Source: Fimbriosthenelais zetlandica (Eukaryota). Taken from it: a stretch of DNA of 64,000 nucleotides. Under the pieces are notes generated by a model. That model searched no databases. It was not told the origin of the DNA and worked only from the letters and a program-made list of their open reading frames with translations. Where the stretch lies: assembly GCA_977030845.1 (NCBI GenBank), contig OZ365116.1, forward strand, positions 19,716,001 through 19,780,000, read 5' to 3'. The position numbers and the translations under genes are program-made. Position 1 is the stretch's first letter. Every line of letters starts with the position of its first letter. Below are positions 49,601 to 60,152 of this stretch, in pieces.

Positions 49601-52384
49601 CAATATATTATTGATTCTAGTTTCTAGCCTGAATACAGGGGAAGTTTCCCGGGGGATGGTATAGATAGATGATTCGCAATTGCAGCTCTGTGCTGGCAGA
49701 GGGGGAGAAGCCATAACTTGTGCATTATTCTGGTGATGAGTGTGAAGGCCTCAGTGCGATGTGTCAGAGAGCAAAAGCTGGAAACCAGCCTCTCTAGGCA
49801 CAGATTCAACAGGATATGAGTCCTGGATCCTGGATGGAGGTGCTCGAGGCAGGAGGATAAGAGGGTTGAGAGAGTGCTTTAAATAAAGAACATCAGAGGG
49901 CTTTTCATTTAAACAGGATATAACAAGATAAAACCTGAGAAAATCACATTCAAATTTTGTAAACTTTCCCTCATCATCTTGCTTAGTGGTCTCTAACCAT
50001 GGCAGACTCTGGGCCTCTATAGATAACACGCATTTCATGCCTGGATGCGCAGATTACAGATCCAATTGAGAACATCCACGGGAGGGAGGGAATTAACACT
50101 GGACCGGGGATTATCCGTCTACCCTGGAGGAGAGGGACTAATTACAGATAAGCTCCCTCTAATTCCCAAGACTTCCCTCCATCCTTTCATATCCCAGACT
50201 CCATGTGGATTATAAGGCAGGTATTAATCACTGTTTCTGCTATATGGAAGCCTGTCAGCACTACTTAGGGAAACCATTCTATTTTACTTAGCCATAATAA
50301 GACTTTCTGTTCCACATAAATGAAGGGTATGTACTGGAAATTGGCTACACTCTTGTATGACTCAAGTGATGTAGCAGACTTGCAAAAGTAAGTAAAGTTC
50401 TACAAGCAGTGAGGTCCTTGAGATAGAGAGAAGGTCACTGATTGAAGAGCTAGCTTTGACATACCAAGAGAAGAGAGCAAGTCAACACCTCCAAATGTTA
50501 AATTAACAAGACCCATGCAATCCTGATAACACAATTAAACTTGCTCTCAGTCTACAAAGCTCCTTCTCTCTTCTTGGTGAACAGACCATGAGAGACTTTA
50601 GTGACAAATCCCCGAATCCCACATTTAAAATAAACATCCGGCTTGGACCAATGAAATTAAGAGAACTGCTTTATGGAACAATACATTCATATGTAAAACT
50701 GGTTCATAGCAGTTCCAGATTCGTATAATTATGGCATTTGCAGTTGATACTGTTCCATTGTGGTACATCAAAATAAGATAAAGTGAAATTAAAATACTCC
50801 TCGATAGCAATGCAAGTCGAGTGGGAAGGAGATAAAGCTTAGAGCTGAACTATAATTGGAACCATTGCTGGTGGGGTATATAAAGCTAATCAATAAGTCT
50901 GGAGCTAAGATTGCGCTAAGTAAAGACCACCATCTTATGTCGGGCCTGGGACCAGCCAAGGTAAACACAGGGAACCCGTCTGTCTAATGCATACCAGGGC
51001 ACCAGTGCACTGAGTGATAATACTGTCCCGGGCTGAAGGAGCCACTCCACTGGTAGAAAAATCCCCCTTTCCTCGGCTCATATGAAACTTTACTTGTAGG
51101 CAAGACGAGAGAACGTGGCTATGTTTTCATTGGATTATTCAGCTGGTCTTTTCTGACGATTGAAACTGACGCTGAATACATTGATTTGATGTTAGCCACA
51201 GAACCAAACTTTGCTGTTAAGATAAGAAAGCTTCAAGGGGAACTGCAATGGATGCAATTTAGATTCTATTTCTGAATTATAAATGGTATCAAGCTTTTTA
51301 GAGTATTGTTTCTTATAGTCGTACATTCTTTTTCAAATGTATCTCTATGAACTCAGTAAGCAATCTTGTTGAATATTGAAGTCATGGGAGGCGAGGGTTG
51401 AGGCACACACAGTAGTTCCTACACACAAGAGCAGCTGCAGAACAAACAGAACTGATACGCTGATAATATCATGGTATATTCAATGATAATATCACAATAT
51501 TATTCTGGTTGATATCTGGAAACAGTCGGTCCTGCAATGTTCACCATGGAAAAATGAGGTCTATAACCCAACCGACTTACCTCATGACAGATCTTCCTCA
51601 TGTTATGTAATGTTATAATTATTTTGAAACCAAGAAACAGTCAAGAAAAATAGCAAACGAACTGCAAACAGCAAACAAAATTGGTGGATTTCTTTTGATA
51701 ATATACCTACCAGTGGTTCCATACCCTTTCCCCACCACAGCCAGTTGTCCCCTTCTCCTGCCTCCATTAGACAGTAATGACTAACTGGGTGTGAACCTCT
51801 AGCCTGGAATCCCTCTGGATCTATTAAGTCAGTGTGGAGGCGTTCACCTAATTATTATATAGGAGGCAGCCTCTCCCCCTCATCACATTAGTATTGATGA
51901 AGCAAGTTAGAAGTATCGTAACAATAGGATAAGCTGGACTAGCTGCTAGTCTTTCTGCTTATTTTGCACCCTACCTTGTATAAATTTCACAGATTTTATC
52001 CAGCCTATTATTTTCCAAATTAACTTACTACAAATTCACATTTGATATCCTTAGGAAACAAGAAAATACATGGAAAATTGCAAGACCTGGAGCCCATTTC
52101 AAAAGAAAAATTATCAATGCTAAGTCTATGGCTAATTTTTGTTTTGAAATGGGCTCCAGTTTCGATAACAGTTCTGCCACCTAGTGTTAAATCTCTAACC
52201 ATACTGGAGATTCAGTTCCTGTGTAAAACAGACTTGGGTACAGGTGCTGCCTCCCCGTGGGTTAACCAAGAACCTGATGGTTTGTCCCTTCTCCACTAGG
52301 CCAGAGAGTATGGTGAATTATCATGCCTTATATGTAAATCTTATATCTATTAAAGCATCATGCCACTACTACTAGAGTATTTAC

Positions 52385-54758
52385 CTATCCTCATCCGGGA
52401 TGCCTGCACTCTTCTGCATGCATTCCTTGACCGCTGCCATGCCCTCTCTGAATCGCTGCTGCATTTTCTTGGCGTAGAGAGTGGCCCCACCTTCACTGAG
52501 GTATCCACTGTTCACATCACTGAAGTAACCACTACTGGATTCATCCACCTGGTGGTGGTGATGAGAACTGTGTAGGACGTCACCATCTGACATGTACCCG
52601 TCCACCATGGAGTGGGCGTAGTCACTGTCAGACGTATTGTTACCGTTAGATATAGTCCTCCGCATTGACTTGATATGGAAAGAGCTTGGGTCTATAAGAG
52701 GTCTATTCACACCCAGTCTACTGGATGCGCTATTAGCATGGGCAGATTGTAGAGAGTTTGACATGTGGAAAGAAGGCCTTGGTAAGGGGCCAGCTTGCAC
52801 ATTTCTCAAGTATGCATAGGGTGTGGACCTCATGATTGGGGGCATTGGTTTAATGTCATATACTTCTTCTTGTTCATCGCCAAATGTTGTCTCTCGACTT
52901 GGTTTTTGTCTTTGCATGTCACGAGTTTCTGTGCGAACTTCGGTATCGAAAGTAGTCTCCATTTTCTTGGCAGCTTGTAGTTGCTGCTGTAGAGGACTGA
53001 GGTCACGAGGACTAGCTCTTTCCTTGCGTGAGCCAGCTGGGGAGCTGGGACTGCTGAGGTTGCTGGCGTTCTGTCTTCGTAGGTTTGATATGTGGTCCGT
53101 GCTCTTCACGTTAGTGTCACTGTCCATGCCCGACTCCAGCTCATCACAGCTCGAGGGGCGGAAGATGACACTGTCGTTAGAAGATACACTATTGTTGCTG
53201 TTTGAGGTGCTACTTTTAGAGTTCTCACCGCTGCTGGCATTAGCAGAGCTCTCACTGCTCAAACTCTGGCTGCTTTGTTCTTTCCCAGGTTCCCGCATAC
53301 GAGCATGGGCTGCAGCCACTGCCGACGCATGAGTCTGTGTATCACTATCAACTTTCTGAGGCTTTGCCTTGCCTGGTTTTTTGACCTGTTGCTGTGGCTG
53401 TTGCTGGTGTTGGTCCTGTGGGTGGTGCTTTTGTTGTTGATGATGTTGTTCACCTGATTTCTGGGGACTAGGTAATGTAGAAGACGCTGACATTGAGGAT
53501 GTTCGTTGTGGAGGTGTTGGTTTTTCCTGAGGGCGACCTTGAGCAGCCGCCAGAGCAGCTGCCCTCACATGCCGCTGAACATTTGCTAAATCTTCTATTT
53601 GCACTTGGTTCCCTGCTTTATTTTTTCGTAATGACTCACTATGGCGATCAGCTTCTGTTTCCTGGGATGTATTGACAGTCCGAGGTGACGCAGATCGCTG
53701 TGAGGAAGAACCAGGAACAGTGATCCTGGACATCGAGTGGTGATGTCCTTGCTGATTTTGTCCTGAGCTTTGTCCTCTTTCTTTACTAGAGGAACTAGGC
53801 ACCTTTGATTTGTTCTCCTCTTTTAAGGGTTTGGCGGAAGATGCTGAACGACTTCCTGGTTTAGGAATACCACTAGATGGGGCAGGAATCCCTGACGATC
53901 CATTGGTACCATTGGATGTCCCATTTTTACTAGATTTGCTGCTTGCTTTGGGAGCTCCAAGACTGGCAATCTTGGAGGTTTTTCTGGTAGCCTGAGGACT
54001 ACTGTTAGCACTTGTGACTGTGCTACTACTGCTGCTGCCCTTACTTTGCTCCACACTGCGCTCAGTTTTACTACTAGTCACTGAACGTTTAGCACCACTG
54101 GAACTACTACCATTAACTGACAAGGCTTTACCCTGTTGGAAAGTTGAGCTGGTTGAGGTGGACATACCACGCTTGGACTCATCTTTAGTTGATTGTTCTT
54201 TCTTTTTCAAACCAAAAGTCTTTTTACTGGAGGATTTTGAGGAGAGTTTGGGGCTGGTTCCACCACCCCCTGTAGCACCTTGATCAGTACTGCTGGTCGC
54301 CTGTCTAGAGGAGCTGGTGCCTGCCCCAGCCTTTACATCGGCTGGGGTGGATCCAGCCCCTCCAGGCGATTGCGGCGTTTTCTCCGTCGCATCTTTCTCT
54401 ACAGCACCTTTCTTTGATGAACTTTTGGCAACACTACTTTTCTTATCACCTTTGAAGAACTTGAATTTGTCCAACATAGAGTTTTTGTTGTTAGCACCAG
54501 CACCCAAGGCAGACGGCTTGGATGCGGCGGAGCTACTCCTTGTAGAGGAGCTTGCCCCCGATGCTGAAGAAGCACATGAACTTGTACTGGTCGCACTGAT
54601 GAGTCGACCAGCAGGCACTCCACTGAGCGAGCCTGGAGCCCTGATACCAGAGCGGCCACCAGGCGTGGGTATATTAGATACAGAGCTGCTCGGAGATGTC
54701 GACCGTGAGGTGCTCACTGAGTCACGATTCGCTGTTTTACTCTGGCTACTGCTCCCAC
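52385..54758 (-). CDS. NAV2-like (sick/unc-53): NAV coding exon, 2374 nt; Ser/Gln/His-rich disordered N-terminal region
   Basis: Contains the 778-aa ORF 52381-54717. Acceptor gtctttgtcgtttcag|GT at 54759 (phase 1), donor GATAG|gtaaat at 52384 (phase 2). Motifs LDKFKFF, GYMSDGDVL, SGYLSEGG. Confidence 0.93.
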
Positions 54759-57605
54759 CTGAAACGACAAAGACATGTCTTTAATTTTCTTTCATTTTTA
54801 ACAAATTTGGAAAACATTCAAATTCAATAAATTTAAGAGTTAAGAACAATTGATATGTGAAGAATTGGTGTAAAGTTAAATGTTTTACTTAATAACTTGA
54901 ATATTTTCTTCAGATAATAAATGATATTTTCTTCAGAGAAGACTGGCACAACCTATAGAGCTCATAGTACTATACAACATCAGAATATGATTCTGGTGTT
55001 GCTGACCATCCATAGAATATATTAAAGGCCCCATTGCCTAATATGAATACAATAGAACAAATTGAAAAGAACCCATCTCCAATCTGACTCACGCAATATG
55101 CACATCACAATTATATGTCTCTGAGATGAAAGAGAAGCTGGTTGTTGACATTATATCTAAAACAATTCCGTAGTTCATCATCAAAGGATGGTCTGGCCAT
55201 TGTCCTTGGCATATTGTCAACCTCATCTTGGACATGGTTACAGACTGACGTTCAATCTGACGTCTCTTTGACTTGCTAAGGTCTGGACAGTTGGCAGATA
55301 TAGTAAAAAAAAGTATATTGCAGTAATAAAAGTACCAGTCTGATGTGTCTTTTGTATGATATGGATGGGGTTGTTCAGAGTTGAGCCTGTGTTTCTATTC
55401 TAGCAGTGTGACACGGATGTGAAGTGATGTCCAAATATACCACAGTTCCTAGTATGTCCAGATTATCAGACATTTGATGCCCTCTAGCTGAGGTCTCATA
55501 GACCTTCCTGAATGCAGTGACTATAGACTCAGTCTCCCTTAGTACTTAGTACTAAAACATTCTACACACAGCCTAGGTAAACATTCCAGTTTAAACCTAG
55601 GGATATTTAGTAAAGAAGCTATAATCCAAGACATAATCTTTTATTTTTATATTTAGTTTGAGTGATAGATTCAGATGTTATGGAGTCACATGTCTCGTTT
55701 TACACCAGGTAAGGTACGCCTAGGACATTAGGAACATTATCTTGTGTGACTCATGCCTTCACTAGCACATACTAGATGTCTAATAAAGCACAGAAATGGC
55801 GACAAGGCGGGTAAGGATGTATGATATTAAGATGGATGAAGGCTGATGGAGGGAGGTATGGACATTATGGATGGGCTTCTCTCTATCAGTTTATTGCCAT
55901 GAGCAGCTTTTACCTCAACAGGTAAGGCACTGAGCACCTCAGAGCATATTTGATGAATTACCGAGTCTTGAGAACAGGAGTATTCAACAGACAGATGGTT
56001 TATAGTATACAAGGTAGGGTGGTATCCACACCTCTATTTTTTACCATGATCAAGCCATGTATTAAGGAGAATAGATCATCTTCCCATCTATCCAGCTCTT
56101 TAGTCTGCACTATGTCTGTCAGATCAGAGATCCATCAGTAGGAAGTAAAGGATACCATTCAGCCTTCGTGCTCATCATGACTTTATATATCAGGTAAATA
56201 GGCCATTGATGTGTGGGAGAGAGACGACTGGTGTTTGGGGTTGGTATATAGATGTTTGTGGTCGTGCCTGGATGTTGTCAGATTGAAGCCTTGTGGCATG
56301 TTTCAAACCTAGCTTTCTCATGAAACCTCGACCACACCAATCCGAATTCCCTATTGGTTACGCCTTAGTATATAGAGCTACCAATTTCTCCAAATCACAT
56401 GGGGAGTCACATGGCTAACCAGAAAGGCAGATTAGGTTTAATTTTCTTATCTAACCCAGGTCTACCACTAGTAAAACACACACCCCATGTTTGTACAGTA
56501 CTCATCTGTGTGATAGGCGAGGCAGCAGGCCGGCAGGCAGCCCTAAGTCTCAAAACCAGAAGCCAAAGGTATGACTCAGCCCAGACATGCTTGTGGCCAT
56601 TAAACATTTCCAATTTTTCCACAGAAGTCCTTTGAGGTTGCCAAATATGAGATACACCCGAAGGACACAACACCCAGATGGTGGGAAAACATGAACGGTT
56701 GACAAACCACCAAATTAAAAAGATAGCCTGAATAATATCTCCAAATATTCAACACCAAACTCATTTTTTGTACCACTACCATTTTAGAGTCTTTCTCCCG
56801 GGGCATTGAACATGGCATAAAGCCTAGTTAGGTAGAGACTATTAAGGTAAAACGACTGGTAATGGTAGAGTTGGTGGTGACCCAGGCGATGAACAAGGCT
56901 AGCCCCTGGAAGGTCAGATATTAGTCATAAATGACCATCACTGACCATACAGTAATATCAAATACATGTACACATGCTTGCACGCTCCTATAGGTGGTTT
57001 TTGATCTTTAACTGTCATGTCGGGCATGCATTCTGAATGAATGCTATACCGATAGGCTAGTCTATCACGACATGGACCTTCTAAGTGATTTCTATACCCT
57101 GTCAATATCACAATGTTTGAGATAGATGCTTACTCTAAGGATTAGAAAACCAGGTTTGACCTTCAACTGTAATACTGAAAGAACTTGAGTGTTTTCTCCC
57201 AAGCTGACCAAAGCACTAAACTCTGAACTCTGGGAGATATACCCGACCTTTGTCAACTTGTTTGTTTGCCTTTGAAGGGCAATAGACATGTCCCAGCTTG
57301 CATTTGAGATCATTTAGGACCAGTAGTGGAGTAATATATGACCCCAGCCCCCTGTATCTATTGATTGACTTCATCAGGCCCGACTCTAAGCTGGAGACTA
57401 TGACCTTTCCAGTAATCCTTCTTCTTGACTCAAGACAAATTACATTTATCAGGGGCCTTCCTCAAGCTGACCAGACAAAATACTTCAGTCGCCAGACACA
57501 AATCCCTTATATAATCAATTTGTTCACTTAAATAATCATCATGAATAAAGCAGGCATTAATGTAAGTAATCAGCCCTATATAGCCACTCTCCTCCCAGTA
57601 CTTAC

Positions 57606-57630
57606 CGAACAGACAACTCAACTTCCTCAT
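57606..57630 (-). CDS. Candidate alternative first coding exon: MRKLSCLF(G)
   Basis: accATG start with an in-frame TAA four codons upstream; donor TCG|gtaagt in phase 1, matching the acceptor at 54759 (G+GT = Gly). Short ATG-plus-donor matches also arise by chance. Confidence 0.4.
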
Positions 57631-57765
57631 GGTGTTATTTTACATTTCAAATTATCAAATGGTAATCTCATTTATTTATGTTGCTCCAGTGTAGCATGCT
57701 TGCCCGTATGTAATAGAGGGAGCAGGTCTACCAGTTAAATGTAGGGTGGTACACCCATGTTAATT

Positions 57766-58176
57766 TAATCCCGGGAACAGCCATTTAATCTAAGCAGCGA
57801 TTCAGGTGTGCTTCTTTCATTGTCTGATCCTCCTTATTCACTATCAGTGTGAGGCAGTGTTTAATCCCCTTTGCCTTCAGGTATCTCAGCATTAACACTC
57901 ATTCCGCGTGTAAAGTCCATTATCACTCTTCACCGACCACCGATCCATTAATGTACGCCCAGCCGGGAGTAAAGGGTTAAGCCCTTAATCCCATGGTTAT
58001 AATCTTAATCCACAGGGCTGATTCATAATCCAGGGGAAACAGCCTTGCCTGGGACTCGGGGTGGAGTGGAGTGATGTTACTGTTGTACAAGTAGTAAAGG
58101 GTTAGAGTCAATGACTGGATCCAGTGTGCGGCTCTATGTGCTCAACCCTCAAACTATAAATAGCCTGATGACATCA
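57766..58176. promoter_or_regulatory. Homotypic K50-homeodomain (TAATCC) site cluster with an adjacent MEF2/TATA-like site and a CRE-like site; candidate enhancer or internal promoter
   Basis: TAATCC at 57766, 57862, 57986, 58006, 58026; TAATCT at 57786, 58000; TAAGCC at 57978; CTATAAATAG at 58154-58163; TGACATCA at 58169-58176. Confidence 0.45.
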
Positions 58177-60138
58177 CCTCACGTTCAAGGCCGGTAAAGC
58201 TCACACATGGGTTTAAAATCATACACCACAAATTTCATGTTCATATATTAATGTTTTCCAGGAAGGGCTGTGCGTTTAAAAGGTCATTTTGTGGGCGACC
58301 AATGACCATTTTTACAGTATTTGTGGTTGATCCAATGATGCTGCCGCAGAGCACATACAATTTCATATAAGTAATATTCATTCATATTACACTATCCTGA
58401 TTCAATACAATATCTTAGAGAGGTACTATTACTATCCCACAATACTCGTATTAAACACGAGTAATACATAATGCAGTACCTCTGCAGCAGTAATTACATT
58501 CTTCATTGGCTTCTCTCCTGTCAAAGCAGATTTAAAACAATTTCACTCATCAAGCTCCCGCTTTTCTTAACTCGTTTCAGTGAAATCTCCTACATGAGAT
58601 GGGCTTAAAACGAGGGGTCGGATCATGTCGCGAGCGGCAGACAACAGTTCAAGCAATGGAAATATTCCATTTCTTCCGGTTCCCTTTCAAATCCGAGATT
58701 TTGAGAGGTTTTATTTCATCCTCTTCGAGCCTTTGTTCTAAAGGATATAAACCAGGTCTTTCAGCTCTAAAAAATAAGCCAGCAAGACATCTGTACTTGT
58801 CAATTTGACACAGGTGTGGTAAATGTGCACTTGGTATACCAGTGTGGAGATAATTAACTATTTCCTCTCTCACATTATTGTTAGTAATTCAGGTAAAAAG
58901 GGATTCTGACATCACTTATGTCAAGTGAAGTGTTCAAAAATAGAAAAATTTACATAAGGAATACTGGATGGGAAATAGAAATAACTTGACTCTGTCTTGA
59001 TCTATCGAAATGCCGTGGAGATTATTCGTCTAGTATATGGTAACATTGGATCCTATATATATCATTATTATAAGTGAAAGGTTCCAGAAGTTTAAGGCAT
59101 AATATGGAAATATGGTTCCAGCAGGTCCTGCATAATCATGAATAGTGCAGAGTTTCAGTACTTGATATGTGGTGGAGTGGAGTGAACCCAGGTGTAGGCT
59201 GCAGGCTCTTTGGGTTCTCCAGTATCCATCACCTCTATGATAAAATATTGTAAGGCCTCCATCCCTCGGCCTCCTCAGTAGACCGCTCCAGGTAATGGCA
59301 TTCTAAATGGGAGTCTACCCTCCATATGGGTATATATGATGCTTTTTGAAATCGCCATCACAAATGTGAAGAAATGATTTTGAGTAAAGTCCTTGGTGTG
59401 AATCTTGCTCGTCATCCTCCTGCTCAGCTCCTCCTGGTGCTGCTGGGTCTATACTAACTCCTCCAGGGTGTGTGAGGTGTATGGGTGACGCATGGTGAAC
59501 GTGCGCACGTCTCATCACCACCAATACCACCTCACACATGCTGGAGGAGGAGGGGGGGGGGTGTCAGGAGGAACAGGGGGTGAAGGAAGGGCAGGATAAT
59601 GAGCAAGAAAAGAGAGGGTTGATGAGGAGGTGGTAGGAAGAGAAGCAATAGAGAGAGACGAGGGAATGAAGGGAAACAACAGGAGGAGTGGGGAGAGGGA
59701 GCAGGGAAGGACACACATTGAGTGGCAGCCTGAAGGAATAATAGTGAGGAACTACAGGGAGTAAATGATGAGTACAGTGAACATAGGCTCACACACCTCA
59801 CTCACTATTATATGGCCAGGTAAGTGTTATAGGTATACTTCATCTACACTTGGCAGGAGGTCAACTTTGACGTCTTCTTTATTTTATAGTATTTTAGATG
59901 TATATTTAGGCAATTGTAAGCCATATATCAGTCATATTTATGTAACGGTACCATACTAAATGATCTGGGTATGTTACAATGCCATATGGGACCTGTCATG
60001 TCAGGTGCAAACCCCGTATGAGAGATTAAATACCTCTAACAATCATGAAAGCATATCTCGCCTGCAGATCTCGCCCGCGGGGGGAGCGAGAGTTGGGTCA
60101 GAGAGTGTGGTGGTATGCCGATCTGTTACATCTCCAAG

Positions 60139-60152
60139 CCACCAGATGGCAG
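60139..60152 (+). promoter_or_regulatory. CTCF-type core motif CCACCAGATGGCAG (context gCCACCAGATGGCAGta)
   Basis: 14/14 match to the CCASYAGRKGGCRS consensus; motif match only. Confidence 0.5.

Larger units (their letters stand above)
12075..52384 (-). other. 40,310-bp phase-2 intron of the NAV gene
   Basis: Bounded by gt at 52384 and ag at 12076-12075; direct splicing gives DED-S-FDDSSS, restoring the conserved motif. No convincing long ORF inside. Confidence 0.85.
1655..54758 (-). other. NAV2-like (sick/unc-53): Neuron navigator (sickie/unc-53/NAV1-3 family) gene, partial: span of the five confidently chained coding exons
   Basis: Spliced translation contains motifs I recognise from the NAV family: SMLDKFKFF, GYMSDGDVL, SGYLSEGG, DDSSSISSG..SDT...STD, HGSALSLVSS.SS.YST and the coiled coil ILKLRKELESAQEKVGSLSGQLNTN. 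All junctions are GT-AG and phase-compatible. Paralogue-level naming is not possible from this sequence. Confidence 0.92.

Noticed and set aside
52360-54784. Plus-strand ORFs of 60-169 aa overlapping the 2374-nt exon (for example 52823-53332, 54317-54784)
   Set aside because: Antisense shadows of a Ser-rich, low-complexity coding exon; no independent homology or splice structure.
55090-55105. ATG TGC ATA TTG C|gtgagt, another ATG plus phase-1 donor
   Set aside because: Weaker donor and start context; kept only as evidence that such matches occur by chance.
57892-57980. TTAA-flanked ~85-bp segment ending aaagggttaa, piggyBac-MITE-like
   Set aside because: The left end matches the right TIR only loosely; cannot be supported without a genome-wide search.
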